Assembly (NCBI RefSeq): GCF_006345805.1
Contig: NC_043020.1
Coordinates: 20,770,001-20,834,000 of the forward strand
Length of the DNA: 64,000 nucleotides
Direction of reading: 5' to 3'
DNA from: Octopus sinensis
Taxonomy: Eukaryota
Position numbers and translations under genes: made by a program. Shown piece after piece: positions 13,547-26,314 of the stretch. The notes under the pieces were generated by a model. The model worked only from the letters and a program-made list of their open reading frames with translations, made no database searches and had not been told where the DNA came from. How positions within the stretch are numbered: the stretch's first letter is position 1; each line of letters starts with the position of its first letter.

Positions 13547-13745
13547 TAGATCGTTAGCTCCTACACACATTTTTTTCTCTCCTTGTTTCTCTCCTTGTTT
13601 TTTTCTGTGTATCTTTCTGTCGAATAGCGTAGGCTTGAAACATAAAAGACTTTTTCTATTTCTATTCCTGAGCGCTATACTAATACATTTGTTTGTTTGT
13701 ACTCCACCTACCTTCGTTTTTTGTTTATTTTCGTAAACTTTCCTG
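13547..13745 (+). mobile_element. PLE-like terminal repeat fragment with variant minimal hammerhead (13612-13649)
   Basis: TCTTT-CTGTCGA-A-TAGCGTAGGCTT-GAAA-CA-TA-AAAGA; second copy reversed at 51190-51345. Confidence 0.55.
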
Positions 13746-13751
13746 TTATAT

Positions 13752-14540
13752 ATATACTTAATTATATCAAAGGGAAATGGAAATTAATAGAAATTTTCAT
13801 TTCCAGTGGCCTAGCGTGTAAAAATTTAGTCCAAAGACTATGTATTAGTCATAAAATACAGTGTACATTTAAACTCATAAGAAATCCACTCATGGGATAC
13901 AACATACTAGAAAGAACAGCTAGGTTCTATAACCACAAAATTAGGGGTAAAATTCGACAGTCATTTGACTGGAACCATGCTGGAGCATCACCTTTAGTCA
14001 AACAAATCAACCCCAGGACTTATTCTTTGTAAGTTTAGTACTTTTCTATCGTTTATGGCTAATACATAGTCTTTGGACTAAAGTTTTACACGTTAAGCCA
14101 CTGGAAATGAAAATTTTAATTAATTTCCATTTCCCTATGATATGATTAAATATTGTAAGTCATTGGATAATTTTCGGTTTTTAAAAGTTGGCATTTTTCT
14201 ATTGCTGGCAAAGGGCTGCGTTTGCACAGTAGATTTTGAAAAAATTAGGATGTATAAACAGGAGGCACATAGTTTGATTGCCTCATGTTTATATATTTAA
14301 CCCAAGGTGTTCCTGCTGAGGACGATTTCACCTAGCCTGTAAATGTTATTTACTTGCTAAACTAAAATCAGAAACCAATTGGTCCAGGAAACTAGATGGT
14401 AAAATGTTTTTATTTTTTCATTTCGTTCCTGTTGAATTTTATCCCTAAATTTGTGATTATAGAACCTAGCTGTTCTTTCTTGCATGTTGAATCCCACGAG
14501 TGGATTCCTCATGTGTTTAAATGTACACTGTATTTTATGA
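13752..14540 (+). mobile_element. retrozyme/PLE-like non-coding element with partial inverted copy
   Basis: 13752-13960 is the reverse complement of 14428-14540 joined to 14052-14150; contains an HHR; flanked by (TA)n. Confidence 0.75.
14310..14390 (+). ncRNA. type I hammerhead ribozyme
   Basis: Stem I TTCCTG/CAGGAA, core CTGAGGA (14316-22), stem II GATTT..AAATC, GAAA (14371-74), palindromic stem III ACCAATTGGT, GTC cleavage triplet ending 14384. Confidence 0.85.
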
Positions 14541-14858
14541 ATACATATATATAAATGTATATATCTGTGTGTGTTTTTTTATTTGTGTTTGTCACCCATC
14601 ACCACTTGACAATTGGTGTTGGTATGTTTACGTCCCCATAATTTAGCAATTCAGCAAAAGAGACCACTAGAATAAGAACTAGGGTTAAAAAATCACTCCT
14701 GGGGTCAATTTTTCTACCAAAACCTTTCAAGGTGGTGCTCCAGCATGGTCGCAATCAAATGACTGAAACAAGTAAAAGAATAACAGAATAATGGAATGTA
14801 TAATTCTCCAATCTGCTTTATGATATCTTGATTTTATATATATATATATATATATATA

Positions 14859-15776
14859 CTAGCAGTATCACCTGGCGTTGCTTGGGTTTGTTTCGACCTT
14901 TAGAATTGGAATTTTTGAAAAGTAAAATTTGCATTATGTAGCTTGTTATTCTCTTTAAGTGAACATTTTTCTGGTTGAAATACACCGAAAAATGGCGACA
15001 CAGCAGTAAGAAAACCGTAAAAAATAGAGATTTTCATAGAAAAAAAGCACCCTTTTGATGTAAATAATTTTTGGTCTTAACATGATCTGATTTGAATTTT
15101 ATCTTCTACAGAAGGAAGAGCAAGCCTTCTTCTATCATACTCTCAATTTTGGTCAACTTGCGCCACAGGGTCTCGGAAGAGATAGTGTTAGTTGAAGGCT
15201 ACTAAACCTGCCAGACATAGACAACTTCAGCTTTATATACATAGATGAAGAGCACTTCCCGTTCGATTTTTGAGGTGATTCGGTCTGCAAAATAATTCTG
15301 TCATTTTGAGCTATTTTATGACACCATTTTCAACTGAGAACTCCTTAAAAAGGCACACTCAAAACTGCTAGAATTTGCATTTTTCAAGCGAGAGAATTCA
15401 AACTTGCTCCAATCGATTCAGGAAATTTTTCTACTTATATGCTCATATTTTGTTTTTCAAACAACTCAAAAATTGAATGTTTTCACCCCATTTTTCCGTT
15501 GCATTCACGCAAACACACACACAGTCATGTGTAGAATCCAACATGTTGCGTGAACACAACTTAAGGCAATAGTGTATGACATCCACTCACTCACAGAAAA
15601 TGCATTGTTTCGGGCCTTTGTTATTGAGATAGAGACTTAAAATCTCCTCTGGCCGTAACTACACCACACCTTCTATAGGTGTGTAAATTTCCAGCTCAAT
15701 CCTAGCACGTCTAGTGCCATTGAATCCTTACCAAAGCCAAAGTGTGCAAGTTTTTTTCCTCTTTTATATAGGTAGA
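14859..15776 (-). mobile_element. non-autonomous Helitron (family H2), apparently compound
   Basis: CTAG plus hairpin CCTGGCGTTGCTTGGG at left; 5'-TC..TATATAAA-type termini at 15245 and at 15776. Confidence 0.65.
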
Positions 15777-15829
15777 TTATATATATATATATATATAATG
15801 CATAATATATGGATTTATCTAATCTGCTT

Positions 15830-16500
15830 TCAGTTGCCAACATGTATTGGATGGGTGAGCATTGCACTTTCATTGTGGAAACAAGGACGAGTCTGTAACT
15901 GCAAAACAAAGAGCCTTCTGTGTGCACTTAAGGCTTGGTAGACCTGATCCTGTACCTACTCAAAATTTTGCGGCAGCTGAATTTGGCATTTGGGGTCTGT
16001 ACTTCTTTGAAGAAGACAATGTTACAGTGACTGTGAACTCTCGTCGATATTGTGTAATGAAAGGGAACTTTCTGAATCCCAAATTGAATGAACTTGATGA
16101 TAAGGGACAATGTTTGGTTTCAACAAGATGGGCATCATCCCACACTTTGCGACATGCAATGGGGAGTTTGAGGCAGATGTCCCCCAGTCATTTGATCTCA
16201 TTGTGCAGTGACATTGGTTTGCTGATCCCCTGATTTGAACCCCTGTGATATTTTTCCATGGGGATACATGAAATCAGAGGTGTACACTCATCACCCTCAA
16301 TCTATTGAACAATTAAGAGATGCAATTCATCAAGAAATTGCTGCCATTCCTCATGAAATGACCCGTTGATTAATGGACAACTTCCATGAATGCCTTCAAC
16401 AATGTGTGGACAGTAACAGCACCCACTTGACTGATTTAATTTTTTTAAACCAAATGAAACAAAATAGCATTACATGTATATTTCAAAATTAAAAACACAT
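15830..16500 (+). mobile_element. Tc1/mariner-superfamily transposase remnant
   Basis: GLYFFEEDNVTVTVNSRRY, WFQQDG, SPDLNPCDIFPWGYMKSEVYTHHPQSIEQLRDAI. Confidence 0.8.
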
Positions 16501-16599
16501 TTTTCATTCTTTACTCTGTTTTGCTTTTATTAAACCTATAAATATGTCAGACCATTTTGCCACACACTGTATATTCATCTCATACCTCCCAACTTTCTT

Positions 16600-16644
<45 letters not shown>

Positions 16645-17154
16645 CACACACATGTGTGCATGCGCACAAACACACATGTGTGAGTGTGTAGTTCCAGATG
16701 CATGCATAGCTAGGTGCCAGCATGGCTGTGTGGTTAAGAAGCTTACTTTGCAATTTGAGTTCAGTTTCAATGTGTGCCACCTTGAGTAAGTGTTTTGTAT
16801 TATAGCCCTGGGCCAACCAGTTTTGAGAGTAGATGTGGTAGACAGAAACTGAAAAAAGTCACCATGTGTGTGTGTGTGTTTATAAGTTGGTGTTTCCTTG
16901 TCTTGAGATTGTAAGTGTAACTGTCATATATGCAACATCCTTCACTTCCAATTTTCCATGAAAACCTGTCCAGCCATGGGGAAATGATACCTTACTTGAC
17001 AACAAGTAGGGGTTGGGCGTCCGTATGTGTAGCAATAGTGCTACTCCAGATGAGGAGTATATAATTGATTAACTTCTCCTTGCCCTCATCTGTATTGTGT
17101 CCTAATCTCAAGCCCAGGATAACCACTATATTCTGTCTCGTCTGGACCATCAGA

Positions 17155-17265
<111 letters not shown>

Positions 17266-17389
17266 CCTTTCTAGTTGATTTATTATTGTTATTTAGATCC
17301 AGATCAGCTCTGAGGGAGCACCCTATAATAAAATAGCATTTTAACACTGACCATTCTGTTTTCATTTTATCATATATATATATAGTACA

Positions 17390-18215
17390 AAGTAAGATAG
17401 GGGTTATGGGTGTAACCCACTATGGGATATCATTTATCTAATATACTGTTGGTAAAATACCCAGATTCTTAATACATAAATGTTTTTAATTGCAATGCAA
17501 TTAACTCATTTATTGTATTAAACAGGTGAAGGTAAAGAAATATTTTACCATAAATTTATAATACAAATAAGAAAATGGAGAAACAAATTTAGTTTGTTCA
17601 TCAACTTTCAAATATTATAATGTTGGATTATTTATTCATTTAACAAAATGAGAACCTCAGTAGTATACATATATATCTTATAATTCAATACATATAAGAT
17701 AAGAATACAAATTATAAAAGTCATAATATAAATTATTGAAATCATTAAAATCACTTCTTACAGCTGTTTCAGCCTATGGCTAAAAGTAATTAATTTTATT
17801 TTCATTGCCTACAGGTGTTAACATACTGAGGTTGTAGGCATTAAAAAATAGGGTACTTATATATATAACCATAGGCCTCGTCAGAGGTTATAAGGAACTT
17901 CAAAAATATTAATATTAATACATTAAACATGATACACGTATTATTTAATATATATAAAAAAATATGAACAAATATCCATATAGACATATACATATACATA
18001 AATACACTCATATATATACATAAGCAAAGTGCATGTACTATTTATATGTGTAAAATACATAAATATTAATATTGTATTCTTATCTTATATGTATTGAATT
18101 ATAAGATATATATGTATACCACTGAGGTTCTCATTTTGTTAAATGAATAAATAATCCAACATTATAATATTTGAAAGTTGATGAACAAACTAAATTTGTT
18201 TCTCCATTTTCTTAT
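17390..18215 (-). mobile_element. non-coding PLE/retrozyme-like element with 144-bp inverted repeat
   Basis: 17567-17710 and 18072-18215 are inverted copies (one mismatch seen); HHR lies between them; (TA)n flanks. Confidence 0.7.
17755..17889 (-). ncRNA. type I hammerhead ribozyme with extended stem II
   Basis: Minus strand: CTGACGA, stem II GGCCTATGGT..GCCATAGGCT, GAAA, palindromic CAGCTG, GTA site; stem I partly mismatched. Confidence 0.72.
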
Positions 18216-18228
18216 ATATATATATATA

Positions 18229-18936
18229 TGTAGTGGATCTTCCATGCATGAAGTGGATTCGATCCACCATAGCCAAATTTAAACTAACACTGCAACAGAA
18301 CTGTTCCCATGGTGGAACAATGGTTTTTCTCTGACAGCAGTTTTACATTTTCCAGATGCCTTTAGCAAGGTCAAAATAATGTCTTCACTACTTGACCCTT
18401 TCTAACCTCTTTTACTTACCCAAAAGCTAGAATAGAGATAACAAGACCACCAACTAAATCTATTGTTCTCAATGATATATCTATCCGTCTGGATCTTTAT
18501 ATAAGCAAGCACATCCCAAGCAAAAATCAGTTCGTCACAGTCATGACGACTCAACGGAGTTAGTCACAGTCAGTGACAACTCGAGGTCTGGCTGACCAAC
18601 CTTGGTCAGAGGGAGAAAGCAATGGGGAGACAACACCCTACAATTCTCTCTTGCTCTAATTCTGTTCTCTTACAACGTCATTCTATCTATCTCAGCAATT
18701 ACTACTATACAATGAAGAGAACCCAAACTCAAACTTTACTTTGCATGCTTTTGGATGTATCAAAACCTGCCCTTCGAGGCAAGGTATTTGTAAGGTAACG
18801 GTAAATAAATACTTTCTTAAAACTTCATGTATTGTTCATCTTTCACATCTTACAATTTGCCATCCTAACAACAAATTTTGATTGTTTCAACTGCGGACTC
18901 CCACATATCATTCACCAATCAATTCTTGCCGTTACA
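18229..18936. mobile_element. probable solo LTR
   Basis: TGTA...TACA termini embedded in (TA)n, internal TATATAA, no ORF. Confidence 0.5.
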
Positions 18937-20185
18937 TATACATTATTTACATTTGTAAATAATGTACATAATTCCTCATCTCTTAAATAGAGAACTATAT
19001 ATGTGTGTGTGTGTGTGTGTGTATGTGTGTGTGCATCTATGTGTATGTCTTTGTGTCTGTGTTTGTCCCACCTCTCCACTTTTGCTTGACAACTGATGCT
19101 TATGTGTTTATGTCCCTATAACTTAGCAGTTAGGCAAAAGAGATGGATAGGATAAGTACTAGGCTTACAAAGAATAAGTCTTGGCATCAATTTCTTCGAC
19201 TAAAACCCTTTAAGATGACACTCCAGCATGGCCACAGTCAAATGACTGAAACAAGTAAGAGAATAGAAGAAGCCCAGTACTCAATCTATAGTTGTCTTTT
19301 GCCAAACCATTAAGTTATGGGGATTAAGCTCACCAACAATGGTTTTCAAGCAGAAGTGGGGGACAAACACAGACAGAAAGACACACATACACACACACAC
19401 AAACACACGCACACACACATACACACACATACACACACACACATGTGTTTCAGTTTACATCTATCAAATCCATTCAGAAGGCTTTGGTCAGCCCAAGGCT
19501 ATAGTAGAGAACACTTGCCCACGGTGCCTTGCAGTGGAACTGAACCTAGAACCATGTGGTTTTAAAGCAAACTTCTTACCACACAGCCACACCAGCGTCT
19601 ATGAATAATTTCTGTATTTCTTTCAGTTGAGTGATAAAACTTGAGCTAAAGTTGATTAAAAATCACCATTGAGTTTCTTATGCTGAAAGTTCTCAGTCCA
19701 GATATATTGAGATCTCAGCAAATAGTTCACAGTTTGTGAATATGTTTGGAGAAAGTTGCATTGTTTGCATGTAGGAAGAATTAGCAATTGGCAATATGTG
19801 TATGAGTGAGTGTGTGTATACAAATGTATTATATTGATGTATGTTTATAAATAAGATATATATATATAGAACCACGTACATATGTGTTAGTGTGCACGTG
19901 TGCTTGTGTGTGTATGCATATATGCATTTATATAGTACAAAAAAATATGGCTGCTTATGACAGGGGTTAACTGAGAAACTCACATGAAGAAGTGGTGAGG
20001 TCAGATTGCAGGGTATTCTGATTCAGCATGATAAAGAAAGATGATAATTATGGTGATGTACCACATGAGTGAGTGTGTGTGTGTGTGTGCATGTGTTTAG
20101 ATGGATAGATACACACACACACACACATGAACACATGCATATACACGTGCACACACACACACATGCATACACACACACACATGCA

Positions 20186-20229
<44 letters not shown>

Positions 20230-20589
20230 CTGATGACTCATCCTACTGCTGCCTTTGAGGTTCCTTCATTCTATTTGTTATGAAAATAAAAGGATATGAT
20301 ACCTCATAGTGTGTCTGTGACAAGTTTGTAGATGCACAATGAAAGACCTTCATACTCTGTATAAAGATATATAATTTATTATTGCAAATTAATAATAGAA
20401 TAAAGAATGAGGTACATTCTAGAAGTGTAGAGACTTTTTTTTTTAGAAGAGGCAGTTATAACTGCCCTAGATTATAGCAGTTTTATTTTATTTTATTTTA
20501 TTTTTGTTCCTATACATCGAATAAGCTGACCTGCCAACTTTTTGTTCCAGATTAAAGGAAATGGCTATAAGACTACTTTGCACACAACC

Positions 20590-20880
20590 TCCTAAACACT
20601 GCTTGTCACAGCTGACTAGTTTGGAAAACACAATTAGGATGTGAAGACAATCTAGAAGCTTGCTATGCAATAAAGCTTTGTGTTAAACTGGGTGAAACAT
20701 TATGAAAACTTATAAAATGCTCCAGACTGCTTATGAATTAGCTTGTATGAGTTGAGCATCTATCTTTTGCTCGCACAAAGAGCTCAAGTACAGTACAGAT
20801 GAAGTAAGAGGAAGAAGGGAGAGAGACATCAGAATATCAGCTGGTTGAGAAAAATTCATAATTTTCTGGATGAAGACTGT
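20590..20880 (+). mobile_element. mariner 5' remnant
   Basis: YAIKLCVKLG..TYKMLQTAY..CMS resembles the mariner N-terminal HTH. Confidence 0.55.
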
Positions 20881-21173
20881 CTTCAAAAGTAACTAATAGC
20901 AACTTCTCTAGAAAATAGACAAAATTTGTTATTATAAATTACTACTCTAAATTTTTACTGAGTACATCGGCGGCTTGCATATTTATTCTTAACACATTCT
21001 GGCAGATATGAACATAAATATGCTAATTACTGTTGCGTTCTGTCACAAGAAAAGGATTTCTTCTTTATGATGAATGTATGCTCATAACACACTCAATTCA
21101 TAAATGCAAGGGATAGTGAAACATCTAGTGTCTTGACATCATTGTGTGCCATCATCCAAAGTCACCCCAGACT

Positions 21174-21174
<1 letters not shown>

Positions 21175-21207
<33 letters not shown>

Positions 21208-21650
21208 GTTTAACGTCCGTTTTCCGCGCTAGCACGGGTTGGACGGTTCGACCGGGGTCTGGGAAGCCAGGGGCCGCTCCAGGCTACAGTCTGATCTGGC
21301 AGAGTTTCTACAGCTGGATGCCCTTCCTAACGCCAACCACTCCGCGAGTGGAGTGGGTGCTTTTTACGTGCCACCTGCACAGGGGCTGGGCGGTCCGGCA
21401 TCGGTCACGATCGGTTCGAGCTTTTAACGTGCCAGCGGCACGGGAGCCAGCCAAGGCGGCGCTGGCAACGTTCGGATGGTCTTACCGGCACAGAGGCCAG
21501 TCGGGGCAGTGCTGGCATCGGCCACGTTCGGATAGTACTTTTTATGTGCCACCGGCACAGGCATCATAACTCCTATTTCCATTGATATTTATTTCGACGT
21601 TCATGTTCATGTACTTGACTCAACAGATCTCCTCAGGCACAGCAGGACTA
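21175..21650 (-). mobile_element. RTE LINE 3' end
   Basis: (CAT)n tail and CTGGATGCCCTTCCTAACGCCAACCACTCC matching the 3' end at 12880-13050; similar 3' fragments at ~27215-27375, 33577-34082, 38220-38335, 45535-45790, 50900-51190. Confidence 0.88.
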
Positions 21651-22229
21651 TCTGGACTATCAATATAAAATGGAAGAGAATATGACTCTTACAAAAGATT
21701 GAGGTTTTTGTTTATAACTTCAGCAACAAATTGTTTGCTGATGCATGCTGATATTTGCCAACTGATATTGAATCATCATACACATAGGGCGCCCTTGGCT
21801 GATAAGACACAATAATGATGAAAAACTGGATGTTTTTAGAGTCCTTTGTGCTAATGAACTGAGTGAAAACACATTTGCAGTAAAGGAGAAGTTGTTCTTT
21901 TGTAACAAAACAGCAATTAGCAAATTCATATTTGAGTTTGCTGAAGTAGATTAAGAATAAATATGCAATCCACCATTTTGATTCTAGCTGTTCAACTTTT
22001 ATCTTTTACCTTTTACTTGCTTCAGTCATTAGATTGCATCCATGCTGGAGCATCACCTTGAAGAACTTTTAGTCAAATGAAATGACCCCGGTACTTAATG
22101 TTTTAAAGCCTGGTACTCATTCCATCAGTCTCTTTTGCTGAACTGCTAATTAGAGAGATATAAACACACCAATATCAGTTGTGAAGTGGTGGTAGAGGAC
22201 AAGCATAGACACACACACACACACACACA

Positions 22230-22890
22230 CAGGGTGCAATGGGCAAATTGTCAACATTTTATACTTTTATTTCATGCATGCACATTGTTTTTGATTTTGT
22301 GGATTACACAGTATAGCAGGGTCGGTTATGCACTGTATGTGAGAAAATTTGGAAATGACATGCTGTACTGCTTGGCATTTGCTCTGGAAGCTCCAATATG
22401 GACATTTCAGAGTGTTTGGATGTCAATCTGAGGGCAGTGCAATCTGAGGACATGTACCAAGAGTGATAAAAATCAAACATCCAGTCAACATCATGGTGTT
22501 TGGAGTGATCACTAATGATGGTAATTCATCTTCCCACACACCCTCAAATTTAACACACAAGTCTACATCAAGTACCTGGAGGAGGTAGTGCTGTCCTGGG
22601 TCAAGAGGGTGGCTGCTGAAAGACCCTATGTCTGGCAACAGGACTCTGCATCATGCTACACAAGCAGAAGAACCCAGTCTCTCTTGATTATGTGTGGGGT
22701 GCAGTTGAGCGAGAGACCAACAAAACTCCTTGTAACACCAAAGTGAACTGAAGGCAAGGATTATGGTAGCATTCACCAACTTAAACTAGAAGAGTTGCAG
22801 AAGATTCCAAAGTAATCTGGAGGTTATGGCTGATGCCAGTAACAACTTCATTAAATAAATTTACTCTTTAGTATTTCAAGATATTTTAAT
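22230..22890 (+). mobile_element. Tc1-like transposon remnant
   Basis: CAGGGTG start; KHPVNIMVFGVIT, YIKYLEEVVLSWVKR, YVWQQDSA. Confidence 0.75.
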
Positions 22891-23408
22891 GTAATTTTAG
22901 TAAATACAAGCATTAAAAACCCGTCATTGCCGGGTCATAGTGCTAGTGCATGTATATATGTGTATATATATGTGTATATATTACATGTACATCTATATAT
23001 ATACATCTACACATAAATTACAAAATACAAAGTTATATCTTGATATCGCTAGTGATAACAATACTCAAAATGTATAACAGATTGGAATTGTTAGCCCATC
23101 TCTTGTAATTTCGATCAATTGTATCTTGTCCTCCCTCTTGTATAGAAGTGTGGCTACAATCCAGCCTACCTCTACTTCGGGGGGGGGGGGGGGGGGGCAT
23201 TTCATTTAAAATTTTTTTCCAGGACGTCCTACGTCACAGATATAAATGTAAAAGTAATATATTTCCACTTTGCAAGGTTGGAGTCGAGTACTCCCTCGCA
23301 TGCTCTGTTGACTCGAACCTTGCTTCTATTGTGGTGAATTTACCGCCTCTGATTAGATATCTTTCATAGTCTCACCAAAACACTTTTCAAAGGTGCTTTT
23401 CTCCATGT

Positions 23409-25298
23409 TGTTTTATTATTACCCACAAGGGGCGAACATAGATGGGACAATACAATCGGGAAAATGAATAATGAATTATGAAGTTTGTACAATGTCCACT
23501 CGATCCCCGAAATCGAGCGGTTACAATTCGTCATTTGTTTTTTATCGTCAACAATATTTTCCAAATAAAAACATTTTTACATTTTCACATACATTTCAAA
23601 AGTTTTACAAAGTTCAAATCTTTTTTTCAGAATTTAAAGTTTCTTTCATCATTTCCAAATTAAAGTTTTCACAATACCTTTTCTTTTATATATACTCCAT
23701 TATGTCTACCAAATCTGAGTAAACTTCCATCGTTCGAGGCCACCTTGTAAGTCGGCATTTCATATGTTTTGACACGTTCTTGCCAGCTGCCTCGATGAAC
23801 GCCTCGACGTCGTTCTCGCGGACGAGTGCACCTGTTTCTTTCCATTCGGTGCCCATCCTGACCCACGTATATCCATTTGTTACGTTTATTAAATCTTCCA
23901 TCTCCTCACAGTGCCTGTGATGGATCAACGTTCCATAGTATTTGAATTTCTATTCGTACCTACGTTTTCTCTAGTTTTTCTTTAGGACTTACTTCCTCTT
24001 TTTCTCCTCCCTCGGTTTCTCTCTTTCTCTCTTTTTGCTTTCTCTCTTTCTTTTTCCTTTCTTGTCTTTTTGGCTCTTTGTCTGCCGTCTCTCTACCCTG
24101 TGCCTTAAGTTCCTTCCTGTTGTTTCTTTTCTTTTTGCATACCATCTTTTCCTTCTCTTGGTTCTGTTCCTTCTCTTGTTCTTTTCCTGCTTTTCTCTTT
24201 CCTTTAATGTACTTTCCTTTTCTTTCTCTTGCTTCTGCCTTGGCTCCTTCTCCACTACTTCTGCACCCTGTGAATTTGCTCCTTTTCTACTATCTTCTTC
24301 CCTTTGTTTTCATTTTCCTTCAGTGCGCTGTTACTTCCTTCTCTTGTTGTTTCTCCGTTATTTCCTTTTCCTTGTTTTCGCTGTTCTTTCCTTCGTGTTC
24401 GTTTTCCTTCTCTCCACTTTGTGTCTTTTTTGCTCCGCTGTGAATTCATACAGCGGGCATTCCTTTTTTATGTGCCCTCTTGATCCGCACAGGTAGCAAT
24501 TCGGTTTTCTGCCTTCCACTATTACACTAATTGTTTTCTCGTTTTCTATTTCTATTTGGAAGGGAAATCTTTCGATGTCTTCCATTGTGGCCATCAGCCA
24601 CAACTCTACTCCGAATCCCTTCCAATTTACAACGTTCGTCTCCTTAATTGACCCTATTTCTACTTCCTCTTTTGCTGCTCCAATAATGGCTGTTACCAGC
24701 ATTTCTGTTTTAATATCTGGGGGCACCTTTGGGACTCTTACCCGTACCCCTCGTCTTCCTTTATACGTCGGCCACATGGTGAAATTTTCCGCTTTCAGGA
24801 CAGTGGAAGCCAATGAGGCCGCCACTTCCTTTGTTGCGCATCTCACCTCCACCGTACCATATTTCTTTCCTCTGTCTACAAAAGTCGCTTTTTTCATGAT
24901 GTCCCCCAGACGTTTCTCTATTTCTTCAATTGTCACTCTCACCAGTTTTCTCGTGTTTCTATCTTGCGTTCTATACGTTATCGTCTTGTTATTTCTCTCT
25001 TCTATTGTTTCCACAGGCGGGACCAGCTTCACGCTGTCACCCTCCCTTTTGACGAACTTCTCGTATTCCTTCAATTGTTCTTTTCTAAAGAACACTTCTT
25101 TTATTCTAAGAGACTCATCACTTTTTGTTGTGGCGACTCCCGCGTAAGTCTCCATGACTTGAGGGTCGACACACCTTCTATAAAAGGTTCAAACACGCAG
25201 CGGCAAACGCCTCGCGTGATTCAATTTTTTGACAATTTTTTACAGTTTTTTTTTTCCAATTTTCACATACAAAATAACTCACAACACACGTGGGTAGA
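23409..25298 (-). mobile_element. ORF1-only (HAL1-like) non-LTR element of L1/Tx1 type
   Basis: 12-bp TSD TTT(T/C)CTCCATGT at 23397-23408 and 25299-25310; ~140-nt 5'UTR, single ORF1, ~280-nt 3'UTR ending GGGTAATAATAAAACA; no ORF2. Confidence 0.8.
23686..25155 (-). pseudogene. L1/Tx1-type ORF1p with CCHC zinc knuckle; frameshifts in the K/E/R-rich linker
   Basis: 265 open codons including VRVRVPKVPP and VIVEGRKPNCYLCGSRGHIKKEC; continues through shifted frames to ..SDLVDIMEYI*. Confidence 0.78.
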
Positions 25299-25933
25299 TT
25301 TCCTCCATGTGTTCAAATCTTCTTTTTTCTCTACATTGTATACTTTATAGACAATAGTCTTTTCTTTAATTTAATTTTTTATTATCCATCTGGACTATTC
25401 CATTTCTGCACGCTAATTTTATTTTAAATTTATTCCTATTCATGTGAAACCACTTATTCAAGTTCAAGTCATTGATGTAATTTTATACCAATTGCTATTT
25501 TTACTTTTGTTGTGTTACGATTATATTATACTTTAGTTTGATTTTAATTATTACTTACTACATATAATTCAATTGTTATTATTATTTTTATTGTTAAAGT
25601 GAAAGTATCTGACATAAAATAGAGAAATGTTTTTGTTTCACTTTTAACGCGTAATACTGAAATAGTGGAGAAGATATGATATTGCTATGGGCTCGCTCTA
25701 GGCAAGAAGTTGAACATTTTTTTTGCCGATGACACTCCCCGGACCCTAAGTAAGGCATGTGTAAAATTTGCATGAAATTGGTTGTGTGGTTCTCAAGTTT
25801 TAGGGAAACACACAGACAGACAGACAGACACATTCTCAGTTTTATATATATAAAGATATCTGTTAAAAAGAGATGTCAGTGTTATTTTCATTTTTGCATA
25901 ATTTAGATGACTGGTTATTCACCATACCATGTG

Positions 25934-25965
<32 letters not shown>

Positions 25966-25968
<3 letters not shown>

Positions 25969-26314
25969 GCTGGAAGACTCTCAAGATGCCTACATCCCTA
26001 TACATCCATATCTGTTAATGGTTATTTTAAATGCTTTTCTCACTGTATTACATATTCATTTCATTTTTGCATCTGTGATTTTATTTTTCATCTTCTATAT
26101 CAATGAAGATATTTCCTTCATTTTGCTGCTTTTCTTTCTACGAAATGAGAAGATACATTGCAGAACTGTTATTTTAATGAGTTGTGTCTACTTATCATCC
26201 TATGAGACATATCTGCACCACCAGATGTTCCTGAACCAGTTGTTGAGCATCCCACCTGTGAGGGATCATTGCTAGATGTGTCAAAATAATTGTCATGATT
26301 AATGATAAATTCTA
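25966..26314 (+). mobile_element. PLE 3' terminal fragment with degenerate hammerhead (26194-26299)
   Basis: Homologous to the reverse of 47860-48190 and to the LKDSRDAY-coding end of the PLE; core decayed to CCTATGA..AAAA. Confidence 0.75.

Larger units (their letters stand above)
22907..25856 (-). mobile_element. non-autonomous Helitron (family H1) interrupted by an ORF1-only retroelement
   Basis: Same termini and body as 3106-4708; lacks ~570 bp at ~25385; insertion at 23409-25298. Confidence 0.85.

Noticed and set aside
21780-21955. Open stretch IGRPWLIRHN..FAEVD* followed by AATAAA on the plus strand
   Set aside because: No convincing acceptor or start and no recognisable homology
24035-25147. 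Plus-strand hydrophobic ORFs (153, 121 and 190 aa)
   Set aside because: Antisense shadows of the purine-rich ORF1
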